Assembly (NCBI GenBank): GCA_963777955.1
Contig: CAVZSQ010000013.1
Span: 448,001-512,000 of the forward strand
DNA from: Calditrichia bacterium
GTDB taxonomy: Bacteria; Calditrichota; Calditrichia; JAJRVZ01
DNA: 64,000 nt
Direction of reading: 5' to 3'
Part shown: positions 1 through 8,924 of the stretch, in pieces
Position numbering within the stretch: the first letter of the stretch is position 1
How the letters are laid out: each line of letters begins with the position of its first letter
Position numbers and translations under genes: made by a program
Notes under the pieces: generated by a model
Databases searched by the model: none
Told to the model about the DNA's origin: nothing
Seen by the model: the letters and a program-made list of their open reading frames with translations, nothing else

Positions 1-1089
1 GCCAGTGCCCTGGTTGCCCATGAAAGGTATGGCTCATTGCTCTACTATTCACGCAAGCAGATTATCTGGGGCTTTGTATGTATCGTAGCCCTCTTTGTTT
101 TTTCAAGAATAAATTTGAGAATTTTCACGACAAAAGGCCTGCCACTGGCACTGGTGCTGGTTCATATACTTTTGCTGATCGGCCTTTTTTTCTGGGGGGC
201 TATGGTAAACGGTGCCCGCCGGTGGTACAATCTGGGTCTGGGAAGTTTTCAACCGTCCGAGCTGGTCAAAATTGTCCTGATTATCTACTTTGCAGACATT
301 TTCAGCCGTAAAGGAGAATTATTGCACGATTGGCAGAAGGGATTATTACCGCATGTGATCCTCCTGGCCCTGGTGCTGGTACCCATCTTGCTGGAACCAG
401 ATCTGGGTACCGCCATTATGATCGTTTTGATTTTATCTGTCATGGTATTACTGAGCAATGTTCGTGCACAGCATATCCTGGCCGGGATTTTCCTGGCTAT
501 GCCCCTGGTGCTTTTAAAAATACGCGGCAGTGCGTATCAAATGGATCGTATCTATTCCTGGTGGGAAAATATTTCGAATCCGCTGGGTTCCGGTTATCAG
601 GTGAAACAATCTCTGATCGGCCTGGGCAGCGGCGGCCTGTTGGGCAGTGGTATCGGTACCAGTAGACAAAAATTCTATTTCTTGCCTGATTCACACACCG
701 ATTTTGTTTTTGCCATTGTTGGCGAAGAGATCGGTTTTATCGGCACTACCCTGGTATTACTGCTTTTCCTGGTCATTCTGTGGCGTGGGATCAGCATCGC
801 CAAAAGGGCTGAAAATGCTTTTTTGCAGTATTGTGCTATTGGTGCAACCATGAGTCTGGTTCTGTATGCCTTGATCAATGCTGCAGTAGTCACCATGTTA
901 ATTCCCACGACAGGTGTGCCCCTACCTTTCCTGAGTTATGGAGGATCCTCATTACTCTCAGCCGGTATCGCCGTGGGCATATTAATTAATATTTCCCGTA
1001 ATGCCGGGCAACCGTTTCATCAGTTTGGACATAATCGTGCCCAGGCCAATTTACCGGACAGACAGCGTATCTTTATGACGACGAGGTAA
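1..1089 (+). CDS. ftsW: Cell division protein FtsW (SEDS family), 5' truncated by window edge
   Basis: Polytopic membrane protein with NGARRW, FQPSELVK, EPDLGT, LPDSHTDFVFA and GVPLPFLSYGGSS motifs; frame open from position 1; directly upstream of murG. Confidence 0.95.
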   Translation, partial: ASALVAHERYGSLLYYSRKQIIWGFVCIVALFVFSRINLRIFTTKGLPLALVLVHILLLIGLFFWGAMVNGARRWYNLGLGSFQPSELVKIVLIIYFADIFSRKGELLHDWQKGLLPHVILLALVLVPILLEPDLGTAIMIVLILSVMVLLSNVRAQHILAGIFLAMPLVLLKIRGSAYQMDRIYSWWENISNPLGSGYQVKQSLIGLGSGGLLGSGIGTSRQKFYFLPDSHTDFVFAIVGEEIGFIGTTLVLLLFLVILWRGISIAKRAENAFLQYCAIGATMSLVLYALINAAVVTMLIPTTGVPLPFLSYGGSSLLSAGIAVGILINISRNAGQPFHQFGHNRAQANLPDRQRIFMTTR

Positions 1090-1091
1090 TA

Positions 1092-2225
1092 GTGAGAAGA
1101 GAATTACGCATACTGCTGGCCGGAGGAGGAACGGGCGGACATGTTTTTCCGGCAATATATATTGCTGAGCACCTTAAAAAATACTGGGGAGCGCATTGTC
1201 AGTTTATCGGTACCAAAAAAGGAATAGAAAATATAAAAGTACCCCAGGCCGGGTTTGTGGTGCGCAATATCTGGATCAGCGGTCTTCAGCGCGGTTTTGC
1301 TTTGCGCAATTTATGGCTGCCCTTAAAAATCATAATCAGCATGTTACAGAGTAAACGGGAAATACTTCGATTCAAACCTGACCTGGTCATCGGTACCGGC
1401 GGCTATGTATCCGGCCCTGTTCTGTATCAGGCGGTTAAAATGAACATCCCGACTGCTATCCAGGAGCAGAACAGTTATCCCGGTATTACCACCCGCCTGC
1501 TGGCTTCACGGGTGGATTGTGTGTTTTTGGCCTATCAGGAAGCTTTGAATTATCTGAAGAAAATTAAAAAATATGTATTGGTCGGGAATCCGATCAGGAT
1601 GCAAATCATCACTCAGGATCTGGAAGAAGCTCTGAAGTACTTTAATATCAAAAAAGGCCTGGCTACGGTGCTGGTCTTCGGCGGCAGCCAGGGCGCCCGC
1701 AGTATAAATCAGGCCGTTGACTTTTTAGTAGAAACAGGAATATTCGATCAGATACAATTGATCTGGCAGACCGGTACCCGGGAATTCGAACATTTTAAAC
1801 AGAAATATCTGCGGCAGAACAATAAAAATTTACGGATCATGCCTTTTATCGACCGGATGGATTATGCTTATACGGTAGCGAATCTTGCGGTGTGCCGGGC
1901 CGGTGCCATGACCATTTCCGAATTGGCAGCCGCGGGGCTGCCGGCAATTCTGATTCCCTATCCTTTTGCGGCGGAAAATCATCAATTCAAGAATGCCCAG
2001 GCTGTGGTTCATAGTGAAGGGGCTATTTTAATCGAGGATAATACTGACCTGGCCGCAACACTTAAAACGGCGCTTGTTGCTTTAATGCAAAAGCCTGAGC
2101 GTCTGACCTATATGGCCGGGCAGATAAAAAATTTTCACCACCCCGACACTTTGCAGCGGATTGCTTTCGAATTGGAAGATCTGTGTAAACACAAAGATAA
2201 AACTGAATCCAGGAACGGACAGTAG
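1092..2225 (+). CDS. murG: Undecaprenyldiphospho-muramoylpentapeptide beta-N-acetylglucosaminyltransferase
   Basis: GGGTGGHVFP, GTGGYVSGP, QEQNSYPG, FGGSQGA, CRAGAMTISEL motifs; GTG start. Confidence 0.97.
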   Translation: MRRELRILLAGGGTGGHVFPAIYIAEHLKKYWGAHCQFIGTKKGIENIKVPQAGFVVRNIWISGLQRGFALRNLWLPLKIIISMLQSKREILRFKPDLVIGTGGYVSGPVLYQAVKMNIPTAIQEQNSYPGITTRLLASRVDCVFLAYQEALNYLKKIKKYVLVGNPIRMQIITQDLEEALKYFNIKKGLATVLVFGGSQGARSINQAVDFLVETGIFDQIQLIWQTGTREFEHFKQKYLRQNNKNLRIMPFIDRMDYAYTVANLAVCRAGAMTISELAAAGLPAILIPYPFAAENHQFKNAQAVVHSEGAILIEDNTDLAATLKTALVALMQKPERLTYMAGQIKNFHHPDTLQRIAFELEDLCKHKDKTESRNGQ

Positions 2226-2229
2226 TGGT

Positions 2230-3621
2230 ATGGCCGGATTAAAAAAATTTAAACATGTTTTTTTCAGCGGTATCGGTGGCATCGGTATGAGCGCGATGGC
2301 CAGGATTCTACTGGAAGACGGTTTCAAAGTATCCGGCTCAGACCGGGAGTTATCCGATATTACCCGGCAACTGACTGCACTTGGCGCTGTAATCTATGAA
2401 GGACAACGCGCTGAAAATATAAAAAACGCCGACGTATTGGTATACTCCTCGGCAATTGCGGCAGATAATCCCGAACGGGCAGCAGCCGGGCAACTGCGGA
2501 TACCGGTAATCCGGCGAGCCGAAATGCTGGCCGAAATGATGCGCTTGAAATATTGCCTGGCTATTGCCGGAACTCACGGCAAAACCACTACCTCGGCCAT
2601 GTGCACCACGATTTTTAAAAAGGCCGGCCTGCAGCCGACCTTTCTGGTCGGTGGCCGCCTGCTTGACCTGAAAACAAATGCCGGGGCGGGGCAAGGGGAA
2701 TTTTTCATAACAGAAGCTGATGAATATGATCGCTCCTTTCTGACCCTCAATCCTACTTTTGCCCTGATTACCAATATTGAAGCAGATCATCTCGATTGCT
2801 ATCTCGATCTGGATGACATCAAAAAGGCCTTCATAAGTTTTGCCAGCAAAGTACCATTTTATGGCGCCGTTATTTGCTGCAGCGATGATGCAGGCGTAAA
2901 GGATATTTTGCCGGAATTAAATAACCAGGTTATTACCTATGGTTTAAATGAACAGGCAAACTATCGGGCCGTCCGAATACAGTTCGATAAAAGCCTGGCG
3001 ACCACAACATTTGAAGTCTATCAGCAGGGTAAATCAATCGGTGATATTAAATTAGTCGTATCCGGCGAGCATAATGTTAAAAACGCCCTGGCTGCTATTG
3101 CTCTGGCTATTGAAAACGAAATTCCATTCCACCATATCCAGGCGGCCCTGGCAGCCTTTCATGGAGTTGAACGCCGTTTTGAAGTAAAGGGTTTGATCGA
3201 TAATATTATGGTTATCGATGATTATGCCCACCATCCGACTGAATTGGGCGCTACTCTTGCCACGGCTAAAAAAATCTGGCCGGGGCGCGTGCTGGCTGTT
3301 TTTCAACCGCATCTGTTTTCCCGCACCCGGGATTTTTACAAACAATTTGCCGATCGCTTGCTGCCTGCCGACCTGATCTTCATAACCGATATCTACCCGG
3401 CCCGGGAGCAACCCATGGCCGGGATTACCGCGGAATTGATCGTGCAGGAATTAACGAAACAGAGTCATCCCGCGGTACAGTATGTACCTGACCGCAGGAC
3501 AGTTGCCGGTGCAATACACAAACATGTGCAGGCCGGTGATATGGTTCTGTTCATGGGGGCCGGGGACATTTGGAAATCGGCTAGAGAGTTAACGGAATTA
3601 TTAAAAATCAAAAAGATATAA
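2230..3621 (+). CDS. murC: UDP-N-acetylmuramate--L-alanine ligase
   Basis: GIGGIGMSA, AGTHGKTTT, EADEYDRSFL, DDYAHHPTE, FQPHLFSRT; start placed at ATG 2230 rather than the overlapping TTG at 2161. Confidence 0.96.
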   Translation: MAGLKKFKHVFFSGIGGIGMSAMARILLEDGFKVSGSDRELSDITRQLTALGAVIYEGQRAENIKNADVLVYSSAIAADNPERAAAGQLRIPVIRRAEMLAEMMRLKYCLAIAGTHGKTTTSAMCTTIFKKAGLQPTFLVGGRLLDLKTNAGAGQGEFFITEADEYDRSFLTLNPTFALITNIEADHLDCYLDLDDIKKAFISFASKVPFYGAVICCSDDAGVKDILPELNNQVITYGLNEQANYRAVRIQFDKSLATTTFEVYQQGKSIGDIKLVVSGEHNVKNALAAIALAIENEIPFHHIQAALAAFHGVERRFEVKGLIDNIMVIDDYAHHPTELGATLATAKKIWPGRVLAVFQPHLFSRTRDFYKQFADRLLPADLIFITDIYPAREQPMAGITAELIVQELTKQSHPAVQYVPDRRTVAGAIHKHVQAGDMVLFMGAGDIWKSARELTELLKIKKI

Positions 3622-3624
3622 ACT

Positions 3625-4428
3625 ATGAATATGAGAGATTATAAGAAACCTTTGCCCAGAAAACGGGCGGTGTCAAATTTTGGATCAAAATATTCAAAGA
3701 TCATTTTTATTCTGATTTTTGTTTTACTGTTCTTCTATACGCTCGGTAAAGTTCTAAAACTCAATCTGAACGAGACCAATACCTACCAGCGTGAAAATGT
3801 GCAGATCAGCGGTAATAAATTAACCGCTACAAAAACGATAATGCAGATATGCGGCTTTGATAATAAAGAAGATGATGCCGTGGCAATGGATCCAAATAAA
3901 ATTTCGCAAAAAATAATGGAGTTGGATTTCATCAAAGGAGTAAGTATAACTTTTCGTCCTCCCCGGATTCTCAATATTACTGTTGAAGAAAGGCAACCGG
4001 TAGCATTCGTCTATGGCCGTGGCTTGAATCTTATCGACACCGAAGGTTTCTTGATGCCCATACCCGAGATGAATACCAGTTGGGACATTCCTTTGATTTC
4101 AGGAATCCAGGAGAATTTGGGTACGTTGGGCGGGCAGGCCACTGCCAAAGAAGTTTACCTGGCTCTGGCCATTGTAAATTACCTTGAGACCGAACATCCC
4201 CTGCTGGCAGGTTTGATTTCCGAAATCAATCTGGCCGCAGACGATTATGTGGAAATATATCTGGTCCATGGTGGTGCAAAAATCCGAACCAACAAAAATT
4301 CCTTCTACAAGGAGTTATACATTTTAAAGACCTATCTGGCTAATTACTATGACTGGTACCAATTGAAAAAAACAGAATACATCGATCTGCGTTTTGCTGA
4401 CCAGATCATTGTCAAAGCAAAAGTATAA
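3625..4428 (+). CDS. ftsQ: Cell division protein FtsQ/DivIB
   Basis: Single N-terminal TM, POTRA-like region, ITVEERQPVA and YIDLRFADQII motifs; lies between murC and ftsA. Confidence 0.88.
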   Translation: MNMRDYKKPLPRKRAVSNFGSKYSKIIFILIFVLLFFYTLGKVLKLNLNETNTYQRENVQISGNKLTATKTIMQICGFDNKEDDAVAMDPNKISQKIMELDFIKGVSITFRPPRILNITVEERQPVAFVYGRGLNLIDTEGFLMPIPEMNTSWDIPLISGIQENLGTLGGQATAKEVYLALAIVNYLETEHPLLAGLISEINLAADDYVEIYLVHGGAKIRTNKNSFYKELYILKTYLANYYDWYQLKKTEYIDLRFADQIIVKAKV

Positions 4429-4507
4429 GGTATTAGCGGAACCCGGCTAGATGAAACCGGACCGGTGCACATTATTGAACATGAATAAAAGAATCAGGGT
4501 ATAAATT

Positions 4508-5740
4508 ATGGATGAAGAAAAAATCTTTGTCGGACTCGATATCGGGACCACTAAAATTGCCGCCGTGGTGGCTCGTATCGATGAGTATGGCACTTTAAAT
4601 ATTGCCGGTGTCGGCACCTCGGCCTCACAGGGCTTGCGCCGCGGGGTGGTGATCAATATTGAGAAGACAGTTAATTCGATCAAAAGAGCTATCGAGCAGG
4701 CGCAATTGATGTCAGGTTGCCATATCGAGAATATTCATGCCGGCATAGCCGGCGACCATATCCGCAGTATTAACAGCAAAGGTGTTATTGCTGTCAGCGG
4801 CCGGGACAGGATCATTAATCAGAATGATGTCGAGCGGGTCATCGATGCAGCCAAAGCCATTGCCCTGCCCATGGACCGCGAGGTAATTCACATATTACCC
4901 CAGGAATTTATTGTCGATGAACAGGACGGTATTAAGAATCCTATCGGTATGGCCGGGACGCGTTTGGAGTGTGAAGTACATATTGTCACAGCAGCGGCAT
5001 CTTCAGTTCAGAACATTGTCAATTGCGTTCAGCAGGCGGGATATAATGTAGAAGAAATTGTTCTGGAACCTTATGCCTCAAGTCTGGCCGTACTGGATAA
5101 AGATGAATTAGATCTGGGTGTGGCCGTGATGGACATTGGCGGTGGTACCACCGATATCGCTGTTTTCCTGGACGGCGGTATTCGATACACTTCTGTGCTT
5201 GGTCTGGGGGGCGAACATGTCACCAGCGATCTGTCACATGGCTTGCGTACTCCCATGGATCAGGCCGAGGATATCAAGCGCAAGTACGGTTGTGCCATGC
5301 AGAGCCTGATCAGCGAAGATGAATTGATTGTGGTACCGGGCATCGCCGGCCGGGCACCGCGTGAAATTGCCAAAAGTGTCTTATGTGCAATCATTGAACC
5401 GCGCATGGAAGAAATGTTCTCGCTGGCTCTGCGTGAATTGGAAAAATCGGATGTTTATGATTCGCTGGGTGCCGGGGTTGTTCTGACCGGAGGGGCTTCA
5501 TTGCTGCCCGGCAGCGTGGAATTGGGCGAACGGGTGTTAGGATTACCCACAAAAGTCGGGTATCCCATCGTCTCCGGCGGGCTGGTCGAAACAGTCAAAA
5601 GTCCGATTTTCGCCACCAGTGTCGGCCTGATCAAATATGCCATGGCCCGCCAGACCGAAAGCAGTATTAAAAGGAAATCCAGCGGAGGGATAAAAAATAT
5701 CTTTGGCAAGATCAAGGATCAATTTGAGGATCTGTTTTAA
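4508..5740 (+). CDS. ftsA: Cell division protein FtsA
   Basis: GLDIGTTKI, DIGGGTTDIA, VVLTGGASLL; C-terminal amphipathic helix. Confidence 0.97.
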   Translation: MDEEKIFVGLDIGTTKIAAVVARIDEYGTLNIAGVGTSASQGLRRGVVINIEKTVNSIKRAIEQAQLMSGCHIENIHAGIAGDHIRSINSKGVIAVSGRDRIINQNDVERVIDAAKAIALPMDREVIHILPQEFIVDEQDGIKNPIGMAGTRLECEVHIVTAAASSVQNIVNCVQQAGYNVEEIVLEPYASSLAVLDKDELDLGVAVMDIGGGTTDIAVFLDGGIRYTSVLGLGGEHVTSDLSHGLRTPMDQAEDIKRKYGCAMQSLISEDELIVVPGIAGRAPREIAKSVLCAIIEPRMEEMFSLALRELEKSDVYDSLGAGVVLTGGASLLPGSVELGERVLGLPTKVGYPIVSGGLVETVKSPIFATSVGLIKYAMARQTESSIKRKSSGGIKNIFGKIKDQFEDLF

Positions 5741-5799
5741 AAATTAAATGGCAAATATTTTTCATGATAATATCAAGCAAATCTTAAAGGGAGACCCAT

Positions 5800-7002
5800 A
5801 TGATACAATTTGCTAATCTGGCTGAACAACATGCACGAATTAAAGTTGTCGGCGTAGGGGGAGCAGGTGGTAATGCTCTCAATGGAATGATCGAAGCAGG
5901 TCTTACCGGGGTTGAATTTGTGTCAATCAATACCGATGCCCAGAATCTTGAAAATAACCGTGCACCATACCGGATCCAAATCGGCAAGAATTTGACCAAA
6001 GGCCTGGGTGCCGGAGCGAATCCGGAAATTGGTTTAAAAGCCATTGAAGAAGACAAGGAAGCGGTTATTAACTGCCTGACCGGTGCTGATATGGTGTTTG
6101 TAACAGCGGGTATGGGCGGTGGCACAGGTACCGGCGCTGCTCCGGTGGTCGCCGAAATCGCCAAAGATCTGGGAGCGCTGACCGTAGGTGTGGTAACCCG
6201 TCCTTTTCCGTTTGAAGGGATTGTACGCCAGCGTAATTCAGAGAAGGGAATTCAGGAATTGCGCAAATGCGTGGATACGTTGATTGTCATTCCCAATGAA
6301 CGGGTTTTTAATATCATTGAACGTCATACCCCGGCAATTTCCGCCTTCAAAGTTATTGATTCAATCCTGCTGGAGGCCACCCGCAGTATCTCGGATCTGA
6401 TCAACGTTCACGGTTATATTAATCTTGATTTTGCCGATATCCGCACCATCATGATGGGTATGGGTGATGCTTTGATGGGTACCGGTGTGGCCACCGGAGA
6501 AAGCCGGGCTACTCATGCTGCTGAACAGGCCATAACATCTCCGCTGCTTGATGGTGTGACCATTGATGGCGCCCTGGGTGTGCTGATTAATATAACCGGA
6601 GGTTCCAATCTTACTCTGTGGGAAGTAAATGAAGCCGCCAGTGTCATCCAGCATGCCGCCGGTGACAGGGTCAATGTCATCTTTGGAATGGTGATCGATG
6701 AAGCCCTGCGCGAAGAAATCCGTGTTACTGTGATTGCGACAGGATTCAACAAAGAATCAAAAATAAAATCCGTGCTGGCAGCTCCAAAAGAAAGCGCGAA
6801 ACATTTTGAACCGATTAACCTGAATGAACTGGATAAGCCCACCTTTATCCGTAAACAAAAAGATGAAGAAAAAAGCCATCCCAAAATGCCTCTGCTGGCT
6901 AAACCAGCGCGGACAAACATCTACTCATTTGAAGAAGAGGAATTACCCCCGGAACCCGATGAACTGGATACTCCGACTTTCCTGCGTAAACAGATGGATT
7001 GA
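5800..7002 (+). CDS. ftsZ: Cell division protein FtsZ
   Basis: VGVGGAGGNA, tubulin signature GMGGGTGTGAAP, INLDFAD, C-terminal DTPTFLRKQMD. Confidence 0.98.
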   Translation: MIQFANLAEQHARIKVVGVGGAGGNALNGMIEAGLTGVEFVSINTDAQNLENNRAPYRIQIGKNLTKGLGAGANPEIGLKAIEEDKEAVINCLTGADMVFVTAGMGGGTGTGAAPVVAEIAKDLGALTVGVVTRPFPFEGIVRQRNSEKGIQELRKCVDTLIVIPNERVFNIIERHTPAISAFKVIDSILLEATRSISDLINVHGYINLDFADIRTIMMGMGDALMGTGVATGESRATHAAEQAITSPLLDGVTIDGALGVLINITGGSNLTLWEVNEAASVIQHAAGDRVNVIFGMVIDEALREEIRVTVIATGFNKESKIKSVLAAPKESAKHFEPINLNELDKPTFIRKQKDEEKSHPKMPLLAKPARTNIYSFEEEELPPEPDELDTPTFLRKQMD

Positions 7003-7024
7003 TTAGTTAAGATTTGCTTGATTC

Positions 7025-7062
7025 AAAACCGCTTTGCCTGATTCAGGCAGAGCGGTTTTTTT
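7025..7062 (+). terminator. Intrinsic terminator after ftsZ, probably bidirectional (recJ converges)
   Basis: AAAACCGCTTTGCCTG-ATT-CAGGCAGAGCGGTTTTTTT hairpin with T-tail and upstream A-run. Confidence 0.85.
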
Positions 7063-7097
7063 GTTAGCGGCGGCCTGGATTATTTCAACAAATACTA

Positions 7098-8786
7098 TTA
7101 TTCCCTCGGCCGCAGATCTGCGACAACCAATTGTAATTTGCGAAAGGTTTTCCATAAATTGATAGTCGGTCTGAAGGCTAAATCAACCGGCATCTGAAAA
7201 CGAATCGCGTCCTTGTACTCAGCCTTATTCCACCAGACACATTCAATCGGCCGACCGGTTTTCTCGATAGTAAACTTCAGATGACGACCCTGCAACGGTG
7301 GAAAAATGTCCCTGATCCTGGCGTTCTCCAGCAACAGAATCGGTTCCGGATTTCCTTCACCATATGGTCCGATGTTACGGATAGTATCCACCAGGGCTTC
7401 ATTTAATTGCTCCGCAGACAAAACCGAGTCTATCACTAATTCAGGAATCAGCAACTCATCTTTTAACACAGCGGAGACATGTGCAATAAATTTTTGTTTG
7501 AATTCCTGAAAATTCTCGCTGGATATTGTCAATCCTGCTGCTTTCTGGTGACCGCCATAATTCAGAAAGAGTTCATTGAACCGGGTCAGCGCTTCGGTTA
7601 TATGAAAACCATCAATACTGCGGCCCGAGCCGACATAATTCCCGTCCTTATCACGGGTAAATACAATAATGGGCCGATTGAAATGGTCTTTTAATTTGCC
7701 GGATACGATCCCGATTAAACCCGGGTCCCACTCCTCGCTTTCCAGGATCAATACTTTGTCGGTCTCAGCCTGATTAGTTTTGATTATTTCAAGCGCCTCT
7801 TCAATATATTCGTCCTGTTTTTTTTGTCTTTTTACATTCAGGTTGTTCAGCACTGTAGCCAGGCGGGCTGCTTCATCCCTGTCTTTACACAATAACAGTT
7901 GCACGGCCAGGTCCGGATCGGCCAGGCGCCCGGCGGCATTTAACCGCGGACCGAGATAATATCCAACAGCAACCGGGGTGATCTCTTTGCCCAACAGACC
8001 GCTGATACGCTTTAATTCAACAATTCCCGGGCGCAGGGTATTGGTAAGACTTTTTAAACCAAACTTGACAAACGCATAATTCTCGTCGCGGATCGGAGCG
8101 ATATCGGCTATGGTGGCCATGGCCACCAGGTCCAGTTGATTCAACATATAACTCTTATATTCATCTCCGGAAAAATAATGCGGTGCCAGTGCCTGTAACA
8201 ATTTAAACACCACGCCGGCCCCGCAAATCTCTTTACAGGGATAAGGACAATCTTTACGGTTGGGATTGATAATCGCCAGGGCATCAGGCAGTATGCCTTC
8301 CGGCAGGTGATGATCGGTCACAATAACGTCAAGTTTATGCTGATTGGCATAGGCAATCGCTTCCCGTGAAGATATGCCATTATCTACCGTAATTAACAGA
8401 TCAATCTTATCATCCAGGGCCTGTTGTACCCCCTGGATGCGTAAACCATAACCATCCTTCTGGCGACTGGGTAAAAAATATGAAACAGCCCTGCCGATTT
8501 TTTCGAAAAATTTTACCATTAAAACTGTGGCAATAATCCCATCAACATCATAGTCACCGAATATTCCTATTTTTTCCCCCCGGGTTACTGCGGTCCTGAT
8601 CCGTTCGACGGCAATATTCATGTCACGAAGCAGGAAAGGATCATGTAATCGATCTGATAACTTGAATTCTGCCAGATGCTCCAGGGTCAGCTGACGGTTC
8701 TGCAGCAAAACATCAATCAGCGATTTGCTATAATCTTTATTTAGTATATTCCACTTTTTTAACGGTAAGGATTTGTCAGGATACAT
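7098..8786 (-). CDS. recJ: Single-stranded-DNA-specific exonuclease RecJ
   Basis: GDYDVDG, ITVDNGI, TDHH, PRLNAAGR, GSGRS and GGHQKAAG DHH/DHHA1 motifs. Confidence 0.95.
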   Translation of the reverse strand: MYPDKSLPLKKWNILNKDYSKSLIDVLLQNRQLTLEHLAEFKLSDRLHDPFLLRDMNIAVERIRTAVTRGEKIGIFGDYDVDGIIATVLMVKFFEKIGRAVSYFLPSRQKDGYGLRIQGVQQALDDKIDLLITVDNGISSREAIAYANQHKLDVIVTDHHLPEGILPDALAIINPNRKDCPYPCKEICGAGVVFKLLQALAPHYFSGDEYKSYMLNQLDLVAMATIADIAPIRDENYAFVKFGLKSLTNTLRPGIVELKRISGLLGKEITPVAVGYYLGPRLNAAGRLADPDLAVQLLLCKDRDEAARLATVLNNLNVKRQKKQDEYIEEALEIIKTNQAETDKVLILESEEWDPGLIGIVSGKLKDHFNRPIIVFTRDKDGNYVGSGRSIDGFHITEALTRFNELFLNYGGHQKAAGLTISSENFQEFKQKFIAHVSAVLKDELLIPELVIDSVLSAEQLNEALVDTIRNIGPYGEGNPEPILLLENARIRDIFPPLQGRHLKFTIEKTGRPIECVWWNKAEYKDAIRFQMPVDLAFRPTINLWKTFRKLQLVVADLRPRE

Positions 8787-8924
8787 TAGTATTCATTCTT
8801 TCAGCACTAAGCGCTTTTCCGGTTTGTTATACTGTCTTGCTGCTGTATGATAAAATATAATTCATTCCGACGCAACCTGTATTATTTATGTCGGCAGCAA
8901 GCGGGAAGAATAAAATTCCTGTAA

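Noticed and set aside
2161..2229. Extended N-terminus of murC from the TTG at 2161
   Set aside because: Overlaps murG by 65 bp; the ATG at 2230 gives a normal MurC start
3621..3625. Absence of murB/ddl between murC and ftsQ
   Set aside because: Direct murC-ftsQ adjacency is a common dcw variant in FCB-group bacteria; not novel
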